The notes under the pieces: model-generated
What the model saw: the letters and a program-made list of their open reading frames with translations, nothing else
What the model was told of the DNA's origin: nothing
Databases searched by the model: none
Translations under genes and position numbers: made by a program
Assembly (NCBI RefSeq): GCF_964355755.1
Contig: NC_092670.1
Span: forward strand, 21,872,795 to 21,936,794
Direction of reading: 5' to 3'
Length of the DNA: 64,000 bases
Origin: Antedon mediterranea
Taxonomy: Eukaryota; Animalia; Echinodermata
Shown: one piece after another, positions 38,763-52,900 of the stretch
Position numbering within the stretch: the stretch's first letter is position 1
How the letters are laid out: each line of letters starts with the position of its first letter

Positions 38763-41700
38763 TTACTTGAGGTCACCTAGATCTGTATCCAATTCTTTTG
38801 TATCAAGTTCTTGAAAGCTGCTGAAATAAAAAGAATTATCATTATAAAAATAAATTGTTCTACAAAAAGAGGCAAAATCGTCCTTAAAGCTCAAGTACAG
38901 GCATGAATTTTAAAATAATATTTGGTTAATTCTACATAAATCAAATATGTGCAAACATATATCGTGACAAAAAAACATGAATTTCGCTTAAAATGGTAAA
39001 ATACAAAATTTGGAAAAATTCTGCTATAAAAACTTTATAACTTTTTTTTTCAGTAGTTACTGGTTAGGTAGTTTAACCAAACCTAATGTAATAACATAAA
39101 TATACATAAAAATCGAAGTTGAATAAAAACACCAGAAACGTAAAAGTTATATTACAGTACTACCTATATTAAGCCATCTGATAACATTTTTTACCACATA
39201 GTTTATTTTTCATAGTATTTTGAAAATGCCTCTCTATTCACAACATTTGTGTACAAAGAAATAGAGATTTTACTGTGTAATTTGAACTATCCCCTCACTG
39301 ATAAGAAAGTGCTTATTATCAACAAGATCATGGAACACAAATAAAATTCCAAAAAGATATGAAACATAGAGAAAACTATAGATTGATAATTATTGGAATG
39401 TATGATCAGTAGAAATGTTTTGCCTGCATCTGGCCTTTAACTAAGCTAGTTTAAGGCTTGGTTTACCTTGCTGTAGTGCTATCACTGGTTCCTGATTTCT
39501 GATCTTGGTTCAAAGACAACGGATCTTGTTCACCTGCTTGAGGGCTCTCTTCTAGAATGGATGTCTCTTCCTGAGCCAAATCTTCCATAACTTCTAAGTC
39601 TTTCTTCTGGATAGGTTTCTGTGGTGTTGTCGTAGGGGTTTGTAAGGGTGAGGCTAGGCTACTTGTATCTGACTTCATAGATGGTGACGGAGAAGGTAGA
39701 GGGGAGCCTTCTTGTACCTGCATGTGATATTTGTAAGTGGTCTCTGTGCTAGCAAGCTGGCCTAAAAAAATAAACAGTCAAAATAGTTTAAATATCTCCT
39801 GTAGGGGCAATTATTTATAAGATTTTTTAACTTTGCTTCAAGGGGTTACTTGAATTGTGGAAGTCATGCATCAAGTACAGTTTTGAGGGTAGAGGTTCAA
39901 ATCCAACTGTCTTCTAAAGTCATTTTCTTTAATGATTGCCTAGGTAATGATTTTCTCACCTGACTGTAGATTAAGAGAACGCCCTCGCATGCTAGGTTCT
40001 TTCGGAAGAGGAGACCACCAATTGACGAAAGATGCTACTATTGGAACCTGTCGCAGCACACCCTAAAAAACATAAAATGAATATAGCATTTATAGATATA
40101 TTTCTATAATTTAAATCATTTTGAATATTAGTCAGGAATTTTAAAGGAATTCAATAATGTTATTACTTGATTACCTCTTCAAGAAGACGTTTATCATTTT
40201 CTTTGCGAAGTTCTTCCTGGGCTTCTTCAATCTTTTTCTGAATCATCTCTTTCATAACTTCCAAAAACTATAAAACAAAACATTTTTCATAAAATTTACA
40301 ACATAATATTCTTGTTAATACATAGATTGCCAGAAACAGAATTATCAGCAGAATATTTTAATCCAACACTGTTGAATTCATAGAATTAAAAGCAAATCAA
40401 TACAGTACAAAATATGATGAACTATACAAGTTCTTACTTTGGATGAGTCTTCCAGATCTTTTCCAATGTTAGAAATTGCCTGCACAATATCCACAAGACT
40501 TGTGCCTTCCTTAATCATGCCAACATTCACACAAGCTGTACCATCATCTGGATTTACCCCCTCTGTATATGTGATGGCATTATTGTTTGCTTTTAGACGT
40601 TCTAACAAGTCTCTGTTGATCTTGTTCAACTCTTTCTCTGCTTGATCTTTGTTATCGTGTAAGTGTCCTGATATGTAGGAAGGAATGTATCTAAAAGAAG
40701 CAGGAATTAGCTAGCTATTATTATTTAAACTAGCTATTCATCACCAATGCTGAACAAATTAATCAGGATATGTATAAAGTGTCATTTCAATCCATTTTAG
40801 TTTAAATAATTTGCACACAATTTTAAGCTCTGTCTACACTATCTGATCAAACTTTATGTGACAGAAATATGTGATAAGCCCATATATAGATATGATGATG
40901 TCATATCACTACTATATTTGAGCATATCACTACACCAAATTTGGGTACATCAGAATTTGTTTGTGGAACTAGTTTGATAGTGTAGATAGAGCTTTAAATT
41001 GGGTAATTGTACTTGAAATACTAAGTAGAGTAGAAGAAATATGGATGCAAGAAAGGAAGGAATGGAGAGAATTTAGAGAGTACTTGGACAAATAAGCTAC
41101 TGTCAGTGTGCCACTAAACGTATACTTACTGCACAGTGCCCAAGCCAGCTTGGTATGGTAGGTCAATGAACCTCAACAGCTCATCAGCTTCAACAAGATC
41201 CTTGAAAGCAATCCTTTCTTTTAGTGTGTGATTTAGAATAGCCTAGAAAATAAAAATAAAATAAATTGAAAAAACTGTATCACTTTATTATTTCATCACA
41301 CATGTGATGTACTCAAGATACAGTAGAATCCCTCCTTTCAGACACCCTTATTAAGAGGACACTACTGTCGAATACCGTAAATCTTCTAATAGTAACCCAC
41401 ACTCTAATAGTAACCCACCTTATAAGTCAATCTATAATAATAACCCACTACTCTAATAGTAATCCATGGGGGTTAATATTAGTCACAAAAACTTATGATG
41501 CAGCCGTATTTTGAAAATAAGGAGATAATACATGTTGACCTTAGGAGTCGGGGGAAGATTGAGTGTTTTTTTTAGTTTATAAAATAAAGTTAGAGTTCAA
41601 CCAAATTTGTTTATTCGTACTGTTTATTATTTTTCTATGAGTTGCTGACTGGAAAAGTTGGGGGTGGGTAACTATTACTAATCTTAAATTAGGCACCTGA

Positions 41701-44700
41701 AAATAGTTACCCACCCCCAACTTTTCCAGTCAGCAACTCATAGAAAAATAATAAACAGTACGAATAAACAAATTTGGTACTCTAATAGTGACCCCCTTCT
41801 AATAGTAACCCACTCTAAAAAACAATCAAAGAATAATAACCCAGGGTTACAATTAGAAGATTTACGGTAAGGGGAAACAGATTTTAACACTTCGGCTAAT
41901 TCCTAATTACACTACACCAATTCCTATTCAGAGGACCCCTCGAATAATGGGATACTATGTTGAGTTCCGAAGGTGTCTCCTTAAATTTTATACTGTATTC
42001 CAATATCTAGTCATAATTTCAACTTACTATCTGCTTTTGAAGACATTCCACAAATGCATTAATGTCATCAGTTGTTGTTTTATGATCTACAAGATAAAAT
42101 AACAAAAATGTAAGTATTTATTAAGTAAATAGTAATTAGTACTATGATGTAGCCTCACTGAAACTTATTATTTATTACTATAAGAACCTTTCAACTTACA
42201 TGGTGCTGACTGCATCGGACTGAACCGTAGACACACGCCCTCAACATCACCCCTTACAACCTCAATGTACACGTTTGGTATTAACTTGTTCATTCTAGCA
42301 CCAAGCTGTAAAATAAGTGTTACTGTTAATGATGCAAAACAAAAAAAGATGATGTGGTTGACTGACTTCATTAAATCTTCAGACACCCTTTCACACAAGT
42401 TAGGATTTACATCAACTAACTACTGTAATTTCTGTATCTTTTGAATCCTCTCTTTTACTTTCCTATTTTAAGTTACAATTATGTAATATTATACCTCAAC
42501 CTCACTTACCCATGTGTTAAGAGCATCATATAATTCTTTGTCTAAATCATCCTCTTCAGGTACAGAGGTTTCGCTGTATGGGGCAACAGGCAAAGTTTCT
42601 GTCCTGTCTTTATCAAATTTAAATAAAACAACAGGTGATACTGTATCCACTTGTATCTAAATAAAAAAACATTAAAAATACATTAAATCAATCAATTAAT
42701 GTAATGTTTGCCTAGAGTACAACTTGCACCTTTGGAACACAGGACACACAAGCTTATTGCCATAGGAAATAATTGATTTGTCATGACCAATGGTGGCCAA
42801 GAAAGCTATGTTAATTGTGGTTCCTAGGGATGACTGATGACACATCAGTTCATAGATCATAGGTTGTCAAAAAATCAAAGCTCTCTATTAACAATTGATG
42901 GTAACAAGTGAAAATGATATACTCACCAACACTGATATAACATTTTTCACTATATCCATAACTGTGCCTTCAAACTTAATTTGTTTCTCTTTACCAGTCT
43001 TCGGTCGTTCCTGACAAAACAAGTTATATTATATAGTTTATTCTATAAATTAATAGATTATTGTTACAGATTCAAAGCATGCATAAACACTCAAATTTAC
43101 TTTATCTTTCTTTCTTTATGTTTCAACATACAAACTCTAAACAGTGAATTATTTTGAGATAAAATATATCAAATTTGTCAACTTACAGAGAGCTGAATTG
43201 GTCCAAACTGACTCAATTTCTGTTGCATCATTTGGCTCTGAAAATTAAGGAATTCTCCATAAAACATACTGAATACAGAAATCAATTAGCATCTTATCTT
43301 AAAATGGCAATCAAAATTAAAATGAGATTTGAAACTTAAAACGCTGGCAAGAATGAAATATACAGTATACTGTATGTAGTATACACTATTATATAAAAGT
43401 TTTAATTAAAGTGCATGTATTGTTTTTTTTTCTATCTCAGACATCATCATATTTATTGTTTGTTTTATCTGGAGGTTTAGACTTAAAGCCATTATGGCCA
43501 GGCCTGATGATGGCTTATTGAAATCTCCAAGCACAATCAAATGTATTATTATTTAATATTTATCATTACAAATGTATATATAATATGTTGTGTGAAATAA
43601 ACTAAACTAAAAATATTATTGATGCAAGTACAAGACTAAGACCAGCTTTTCAGCAAATTCTGGTTATGGACTTTAAAGACAAATTTAAATTGTACTTACC
43701 AGTTCTGCAGCAGACCTTATGGTGTTCACAATGCCTTCCTGACCCATGTACTGCAAGGCCAGCCAGAGTGGTAAAGCACAGAGCCGCTCATGCACCTGAG
43801 AATGACAGAGCTCAGCTGCTAGGCTCATAGAAGGATCAGAAGTCTTATAGAGTGTGACAGCTGGAGTGCCTGGAAGACCCAGCCATACACCAGGTTCAAG
43901 GGTCAAACTGTTAACTTTCTTTGCAGACTGTAAAAAAGATACAATATTTTATTGTATACTACTTGTTTTCAGTTAAACTTTATTGACATTATTATTAGTA
44001 ATTTTGATTTTTATTTAAATATTATACTCGGACAGGTTGTTTACCATTCTAAATTTATAATTAAATATCTATTTATGCAATTTATATATAAATAAATTGA
44101 TCTTTACCAATACTGATGTCGGTACAGAGTTCAAGGCCAAAGTTGATAGGTTATGTCTGCAATACAAACAAATACAACATAAGTTTAAAACAGTTATCTA
44201 CACTACTACAAAATTTAGCATCACCAAAACAAAGGTAATTTGCTTACCCTTCTATGTGTAGCCACGCACCATACTCGTCACAGATTGACCGCAACCGTGT
44301 TAAATTGTCGGTATGCCCTGCCATCGGTGTACCAGCATTGGCAACCACAAGAAGCGGTGTCTTTGAGGTTGCTTCGTCGTCTTTTATGAGTCGTTCTAGT
44401 GATGCAATGTCCATAGTGTGTGTTGAGCCAAACACAGTGTTGCATGGAACAGTACACAGACTGGACAATGGTAGACCAAGCTGTAAAAGAACATAACTAT
44501 TTAAATACAGTTAAACCCTTAGTCTAGTGAAGAGGGGTTGGCTGAAGTGTTAAATCATCTGCCGTAATTCATCATCTGCCAAAATATTAAAAAAGTTGTA
44601 TAAAAATAATTTGTTCTTAACCTATCAATGAGTGTTACAAATATGTTTACATTTACATTGTTCTTTTGCTTTTTTTTGTTTTATCTCACTATTCTTGAGT

Positions 44701-47700
44701 TCATATGCCAACATGTTTAGCTAGTATTGTCTCGTCCTGTGCTTCAATTATGTTTGTATCATGTATTAATTATTTTGTTAAGGTGGCCAAATACTGTAGG
44801 AGCTTTGCTCTTTTTTTGGTCATCCTTCCATTTTTAATGCATATATTTATTTACACTATGTTTTATATTGGAAAATAAAAACTGAAACTGAAAACATATA
44901 CTGTATTGCTGCTCATTCACTTGAAGGGAAGGTGTTCCCTGAATAGGACATGTTCTATTGTATAGTATTACTGGCAATGTATCATACCCTACCTAAGTTA
45001 AGGCCAGTTTACACAGACGAGAGGTAACGGTAAAGCTTGGTTCCCACTAGAACGAACGCAAGGACGTAAACGCAACGCAAGTGTTTTAACCAATGACAAG
45101 CGAAGTTATAGACACTTGTGATTGGTCAATTCACTTGCGTTGCGTTACGTCCTTGTGTTGCGTCGCTAGTGGGAACCACGCTTTAGCGTTAAACCGTGTA
45201 GCTTGTTCCACATAGTATCTATCCTGAGTGGAAACCGCTCGTCCGCTTTTGTGTAAATGGTCATAACGAACATAGATTCTATATTTTTATTACCGTTACC
45301 ACTCTTCTGTGTAAATTGGCCTTTAGTTGCTATTCATCAACCTGTTGACCACTATAAGTAATGTGGGAAATACCCTCTTTATTGGTTACTACAGTATACA
45401 ATATATTCTCACACTTTTATTGAAATCAAAATGCAAAATCTCTGATACAAACCTGAGTGCATATATATTGACCTAGTCCAGTTCGACTCGCGGCACTTAT
45501 ATAAATAACTGGAGGTTTGGTATAGAGCGAGTTGAAACCTTCTGTACCATACTTCTCGTACTTGGTGCTTAAAGCTAAACGACAAACACGTACTAGACCA
45601 TCACGGTCGTCAGAGTGGTAGAAAGCTGAAGAGTCATTGAACCTAAAGGTAGAAATAATCAAATATTGTATTTAGAGAGAGTAATCCCATATTAAGGTTA
45701 AGCATCAAGCCTGCACTACTCAAATTATGTTTGAATCTCCGTCTACACTATAAAACTGGGTTGACAAAAAAAGTGTGATGTGTTCAAATATGGTAGTGCT
45801 ATTCCCAAATACGGTCCATATATGGGCACATCACCTTGTTTATGTCAAACTAGTTGGTTGTGTTGGTAGTGTAGACAGAGCTTAATATTTTAACTATACC
45901 TAAATATTCTTGAAAGCCATAGGGTAACATCAGAAACAATTCTCGTTGATAGTTTCTTCAGGTGTGGAGGATCCAGCGTAGCCATGTAGGCTGCTAGCGT
46001 CTGGCCCAGCATGGCGATGTGGGCGACATCCTCTAGCTTGCTAGGCTGCACCATACTGAAAGACAGAAAACAGATATATCAAATCATATATATACACACA
46101 TTAGGTAATGAACATTAATTCGAAACCGCCCGGTGATATAGTGAAATTTATTTAATAAATTTCAAACGATAAAGATGAGGAAATCTGTGAGAATGAGTAT
46201 ATATGGAGCTATAGCAGGGTACTGCTACCAAATTCGCACAGTGCATTCAAATTGTTGATTCGTTATAAAGCATGTACTATATACAGGATCAATTCCTCAC
46301 AAAGAAGTCCCTAACAAACCACCAATCAATCACTAGTAATTCTGCTATAAAGTGAGTGCACCAGAAAGTGGCATTAGATATGTCTAGCAGGACAATCAAA
46401 ATAAAATTTCTTACGGTTCCTTTTTATCTGATGTTCCATCACCATACAAAATCAAGTCTTGCAATTTCTTTACTATATCTTCAATCTTCTGGCCACTAGA
46501 AAGAAACAAAATTAAATCGTCAATAATGTTATTAACAAATTCAAACAAGTTTTCTATGCACTAAGTAGCACAGCAACCAGTGTGCTGTTAGTTTGGGACG
46601 ATGTCACCACGTTGATTCTGAAATACAATAACTGTGTCAACAAAATCAGAAACTTTCAAGTTGTTATTACTGTTACGTACATTGATGACATCATCACATT
46701 ACCAACTAATACCACATCAAAATTGTGAATAGCGGTCTTTTTTAGCGCAAGTTAAAATTTACATTGAATAAAGAATTATAGATCAGTAGATGACATACAT
46801 TTTAGTTATAGTTCTGTATCTGTGACATAAAAACACCATTGCTGGTGCATTGGTCAGGGGTCAAGTGCAGAAAGATCAATTAAATAGCAAAGTGTGCTTA
46901 ACAGAATTAGAATATAATAGTTATAGTATTATTAAAGAAAACCCACAAACAAAGCACACAACAGTTTTGATAAGATCACAACTACACATCGGGGTAAATC
47001 ATTTTACCTGGCCTCAATCTCCACTGGAAGATTACGTATTTCTCGTATACGTTTCTTCCAATTTTCCTCGCGCTCTTGTTCCAATTCCCTAGAAATGCAA
47101 GGTATAGGGTAAAACATAGAAAGCGAGGTAGGTTTACTCATCAGTGAACTTCTGAGCCATTCATGTGTATCATTAAAACCAATTTAGCACCATAATGTAA
47201 ATAGTAGATTTACTGACTTGGGTAATGTAGAAAAAACAAAATGTGATAAGTTTTAAGGATGACCCATTAATATGGTAATTAAAAGATATTAATAAAGTAA
47301 AAAACAAACAAATAAACAGGAATAAATGGAAAAAGAATTTTACAGATAGGTGCCCATATCATGCTATGAGTATGATTAACAAATTTGATTAATTTATTGT
47401 ATATAAGTATCTCTCCAATTTTAAGACCACATTGACATTTTAGTTTTCATTAATATAATAATAATAGGAACACTTTTTTAAGGTCAGTTATATTATTTTT
47501 ATAGTATAGTGCACTCAGTAATACTAAGTGGGTTTATGTCTATGCAATATAAATAAAGTGGTCTCTTGTTGGAGCGAGTCATTAATTTGATGGTCTGTTA
47601 TTGGAAAGAAACCTGGATGTACTCATTTTTTTAAACCTACTTGTTATATTCTTCAATAGCTTTTAAAGACTCATCCATCTGCTCTGAGAGTTCCTTAAGT

Positions 47701-48307
47701 CCAGGCTCAAAAAATGTCTGTATTTCAAAATAATAAACATGTATATTATCAGAATAGTATTATTAATAACAGAGTTCAATATACTAGTACAGTATTACTA
47801 GGCCTATGCCTAGTTACAATAGGCCTAGTTACATAATAAATACAAGTTAAATAAAATTAACACCAAAAAACAAAGATCTTATAATGATGAAATGTTATTT
47901 CGACCGGCAGTACAAGAAGAGTAGACACTACTACTACAAATTTATTTATTTATACAAATGTTTCTCTTTAACAGACAATTATGTAACTTTGTAAATGAGT
48001 TTTGTAAGGCAGTACGAAACGACCAACGACAAGTCTATAGTGACCTTGAGCTTATCAAGTTCACTTGGCTAGTCAAAGTTTAGGCCCAAATATTGCCGAC
48101 TGACTGAATAAACCCCTCCCAATAAGCAATTTGTAAAGTCAAATTTGGGGCTTTATGTATAAACAATCTTAAAGTAAATGCCTAGATTATTACCTTCCTA
48201 AATCCTTCTTCCATTGAAAGAGCTTTTTTAGCTTTGGGAACTGCTGGGTTTTCTGGAATTTCTGGTGTTTTGACAACATCTTCCCCGAGGCTCATCTTCG
48301 CTGCCAT
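38763..48307 (-). CDS. PDXDC1: Pyridoxal-dependent decarboxylase domain-containing protein 1 (multi-exon)
   Basis: First exon 48307-48194 (MAAKMSLGED...), internal exons encode GLVRVCRLAL, KPPVIYISAA, PLLVVANAGTPMAGHTDNL, WLHIEG, SLTLEPGVWLGLP, LPLWLALQYMG, GVLRQVPIVASFVNWWSP, GRSLNLQSG; stop at 38765-38763. Confidence 0.93.
40826..40993. mobile_element. MITE family A (PIF/Harbinger-like)
   Basis: AGCTCTGTCTACACTATC / GATAGTGTAGATAGAGCT with TTA on both sides. Confidence 0.8.
41321..41995. mobile_element. Old Tc1/mariner-type non-autonomous element (host of a nested insertion)
   Basis: TA-CAGTAGAAT...TATACTG-TA ends with degenerate GACACC/GGTGTC motifs. Confidence 0.5.
41375..41867. mobile_element. 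Tc1/mariner (pogo/Tc2-like) MITE with internal perfect hairpin
   Basis: TA-CCGTAAATCTTCTAAT...ATTAGAAGATTTACGG-TA; repeated TCTAATAGTAACCC motifs; 77-bp inverted arms 41600-41676 and 41702-41778. Confidence 0.8.
45001..45322. mobile_element. Harbinger-like MITE (outer) carrying a nested MITE
   Basis: AGGCCAGTTTACACAGA / TCTGTGTAAATTGGCCT with TTA on both sides. Confidence 0.75.
45034..45182. mobile_element. MITE family B, nested
   Basis: AGCTTGGTTCCCACTAG / CTAGTGGGAACCACGCT flanked by TAA/TTA; nearly palindromic. Confidence 0.8.
45735..45882. mobile_element. MITE family A
   Basis: GTCTACACTA / TAGTGTAGACAGAGCT and shared internal motifs. Confidence 0.7.
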
Positions 48308-49256
48308 CTTTTCGTTTCCACGCTGGCACATTACAAATCACCAACAAAACCCCCCAAGTTAACGAAATTGTATACACATGACGCGCCATAGGTGCATTTA
48401 GTGTTCGAATCATTAGTGTATGGGATAAGACGAGCAACGTACAGTATGTTCATACGTGTGTACATACAACCGCGTATCCTCTAACTTTCAGGAAAAAGAA
48501 AATTGTTTTTGTTGTATGCGGACAAAGTGCCAACCATTAAGAGTCGGTATCACTGAAGAATGTGTATGTACAGTTAAGTTTACAGCACTGTATTTGTTTG
48601 GGCTCTCGTATGTGCGTATTATAATATTACTTGCTGCTACTGTAAATAAATGTACTATACCTGTTTAACTAGACTAGCCTAAGAAATGTATTATAAGTAC
48701 AGTCCAATGGCGTTATTAATATTGGCTAAAATAGTTGTTGTAGTACTGATTGTAAATTCTATAAAAAAAATATATTTAAAGATGTTAATCCTTAAAATGT
48801 TAAGATGTTAATCCTAATTTACATAGATCTGCGTTTAAGATTCTAAAAACAGTTATACTAAGCCTAGTCTACACTAGCAAACTTTGTGTGTAAGTTTAAT
48901 AGCAAAATCTGAATAAGTTAGGCAACACTGAAGTGTTCTAAAGTTTGCTAGAGGAAGACCAGACTAATACAGTATATTTTTTATAGACGCTTTTGGCAAA
49001 CCATACTAATAATATTTTTTAATAGCTTGGGGAGAGATAACAAAATTCTAAAGATGACGTCATCCATCACGAAAACATAACCGACTTTTCTCGACGACGC
49101 ACCGCGGTTCATTCAAATTCTTCGTGATAAAGATAGTAAAACACTTTATTCATTGTGATTTTTCCTGTTTTTTTGACCAAATAATTTGACAGTATTGTTA
49201 AAAATTGTTAAAGTTTGTTTTCAGGAAATCATGGAATAAAATTATGCTAAAAATAC
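48308..49256. promoter_or_regulatory. Divergent PDXDC1/CEP95 promoter region
   Basis: Head-to-head genes; two CpG-richer patches (~48300-48480, ~49050-49130 with TGACGTCA at 49055); probable non-coding CEP95 exon ending at donor AC|GTAAGT 49256/49257; small MITE at ~48862-48965. Confidence 0.55.
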
Positions 49257-49523
49257 GTAAGTTTAATTAATTATAATCTAGCCTAGCCTAGGCCCTACTG
49301 TTGTGTGTGTGTGGAGATAAAACTGTGAATGCATAGGCCGGTAGGAGGACAATTTCCTGGGTACGGTGAGGATGTTTTCGGCGGGGCATTGGCCTAGCCC
49401 AGGATTATCATTTTCAAACCAGCCAAAATTCTATGCTATACGATTCGTCGTGATTATAACATACCATGAGTTTAAAATTAGTAATGTGTGTGAAATATTG
49501 ATTATTTAAAACTTTCAGAAGAA

Positions 49524-49806
49524 GGTTGACACTGACAGTGACAGGCAGGGAGGGACCGGGTTCACATAAACATAAATTGAAAAAGAATAATGCTCGATTA
49601 AATTGCCGTAGTCATTTTTTTACCCAACGAGTCGTAAATTCATGGAATGCTCTCCCTGCCAGTACAGTAGAAGTTGACACAACCATACTATTTAAAAGAA
49701 AATTTCAGAAGACGAGGGGGGCTAATAGAGGGCCACGACCGGCCCACCAGCCTCTTGCACCACTCATTTAGTGTGGTGTACGGTGAGTTACGGTGAGTGA
49801 GTTACA
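49524..49806 (+). mobile_element. CR1-like LINE 3' fragment
   Basis: Encodes HKHKLKKNNARLNCRSHFFTQRVVNSWNALP (CR1 ORF2 C-terminal signature), short 3' UTR and (CGGTGAGTTA)-type tandem tail. Confidence 0.8.
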
Positions 49807-49921
49807 TCCATGATCCACCCAGCAGCCCATCCCAAACTCTTTTATTATCCGGAATTAATAATACTACTACTAGAAGCCTTGGCCTAATGACTGTATTCAC
49901 TTTTTTTCTTTCAGATTAATA

Positions 49922-52900
49922 ATGGAGTCTGAATATGGTAAGTGGGTTCAATGTCTCCACCTACTAGTAGAGCGAGGCTACTAACCTAACTAGACTACGC
50001 CTAGGCTAGTCTAGATTATATTTAAATAATGACATATACTAGCGTAACTAGCGCCTACAGTATGCCAAGGGCAGGAGGTCTGCATGGCATATTTAAACAA
50101 AAATATGAAAATGATTTAAAATCTTTTTGTAGGTTTTGTTGCGATGACCAATGAATTATTGCAGAGGTTTCAACTGCCAGTTATCACAGATCTTGGTGAA
50201 TGTACATCGCAAATGTTTGTCACCCTCTATGAGGGTATTCTTGGCGAAAAACATCCACGTAAGTTTTAATAGTGAAAATAACAATACAGTCTGAGTAGGT
50301 GTAAGTCTGTATAGTATTCACTCGCAAAACAACTTGCGGTAATTCAGCAAACAGTGAAAACTTTGATGAAAAAATCTGCTGATTACTTTTAAGAAAAGAT
50401 AAAATTAGATTTATAAAAAAAAATATTCATTTTTTATAAGACTCACTGTAAAATAAATATACTAAAAATAAAATGTTTACCTTCTAGATATTGTCTCTGT
50501 AAGAAACAAACAGGATGAACTTACCAATATACAGATAACAATAGACACTCTGGCCCGAGATGTTCTCCACGCTGACCTTTCACATATCTCAGGTGAAGCA
50601 ATCATTGACAGAGATCATGTCACCATTCGGTACTTGCTTGAGATATTTATTGGATTGATGGAGTATGTTATGGAACAGATAACAAGTGGTGAATCTACTG
50701 AGGTCGAAGGTCTGAACATCTATTTTGTCTTTTTAAGCTTTGTTTACACTATCAAACTTTATGTGATGCCCATATATGGACATCACACTTTTTTTTGTCA
50801 AACTAGTTTGATAGTGTAGACAGAGCTTTAGTTATCTGATTATATTTGTTTAGCACAAGGTTGTGTCCCGACGAAAATCCAAAACTATGAGTAAATTGGG
50901 AAACTTTAACTCTGGTCTTCTCCTATATCTATATAGGCCTAGAAATATACAAAAAACTTTAATGAATGGAAAATTACAAAAAACAACTAAAACGGCACTC
51001 TGAGACTGAGAGAGACCTTCTACTGTAATATTCTCCTACATAAGATTTCACCGAAAAATTTATTTTTTATTTTTTGTGTCTTAATGATGTGTGTGATTAG
51101 GCTAATTTCACTACAACCATGTGTATGCGAATGTCGTGTAATGGTTATGTAACAAGCCTTTCAACTAACAATAGTTTAACTTGACTAACAATAGAACAGC
51201 ACTGCCAAAAACAACAGGGGCGAATTTGAAAAGAAATAGGTTTTTTTAAACTACTCGTATCAATAAACCTGTACATTAAATCAAATTATGTTTTGACATT
51301 ACAAATCACAAATTATAACTCTTGTACAAAATTGAATTTTTGGACAAGTATTGTTCGAGAAAATGCAATTTCTGTTTACTTGTTACTTTAATACTGCTCG
51401 CCAGCTTTTAAAAATTAACACTTAATGGTTTGAAAATAATACTAAAAAGTGTTCCAGAATTGAGACCTTGGTCCGGATTGGAGTGGTCTGTGACCACATA
51501 TTTATCTGTATTTTCATTTTGGTAAAGATCTTGCAATAACTTTTTGATTAATCCTACTAACAGACAGACACACGCCATTGACTACATACATACCTTGGCG
51601 GAGGTAAACAAAAATGTACTTTTATGTATTAAATTACAAAACATGACATCATCAGTCATTTTATGCGTACATAAAATCCAGGGAATGTAAAATGTAGGTT
51701 TCACTGTAATTGATAATTAAATTACATTCATGCACATTTAGATGAGCAAAGTGCAATTGACCCAGATGTTTTGACACAAGGGACGATCTCAACAATCTCA
51801 GATATCCTTCAAGAGGAACTTGGAACAAGGGATCACAGTTATGGAACCAGATCAAGAAATAAGACTCGTTCAGTTCAAAAGTAAGCGTCTGCCTTGTTCA
51901 AATGCATACATTATTCATCATATGCATATTATTTGGGCGGTAGTTGTGCTTGTGTAGATAGTGTATATAATTATGTGTATACAGCTTTCTACTCAACTAG
52001 ATTTGTTACCCACTAAGCATCCACTACAAGAATCCTCTTCTAGTAACACCCTTTATGTATTGACACCCACTGGAATCAGTTTCTATAATTCTTAAGCTCT
52101 CTCTACACTATCAAAAATATATGCCCATATATGGATATGATGTCATCACTACCATATTTAGGTATATCACTACCATATTTGGGCATATCACACTTTTTTT
52201 GTCAAACTAGTTTGTTGTGTAGAGAGAGCTTTAGATGATGTACATCTTGATCTCTAAAATAGAATTGCATGCTCTTACGTTGAAAGAAGAACTGTATTGA
52301 TACCATTGTGTTCATTAATACATTTATTAATGCTTTTGTATATGTTAAGGGTGAAGCAGAATGATGTTAGTTTACCAAGTACAATCTCCAACGTTGAAAG
52401 TCTGTATGATAGCGAGTACAGCAGCGACTCCACCATCGAGCTTCCTCACCATGCCCTTGCGCGTAACACAGTCGCCATTCTACCTCAAGATGCGTTGACC
52501 ATTTCTGGTAGTCAGTTGCCTTCTAGAAATGTGGGCGAGTTGATGAGAGCTGCAGAAGAATCCTCCACTGGTCAAAAAACTGGCCTACCATCAAGATCTA
52601 CTGGAAAACTATCAAGAACCACTGGCCAGCCATCAAGCACAACTAAACCAGCACCAAGAACCACATGGTCACCATCAAAGACAGGACCACCTTCCACGGC
52701 AGGATTAAGAAGCACAGAGTCACAATCAAGGTTATTAAAAGCACATGAAATGCCATTTGGTGCTTATTCAAAAGCTCCAGAGTCAGATGTGCCTTCAAGA
52801 GACATTGAGTCACCATCACGGTCTTTAGAATCGGAAGAAAGTCAAGGAGAGAAGATAAAGCAAAGAGTTTTAGAAAATGAATCAATTGAAAAGCTTCGAG

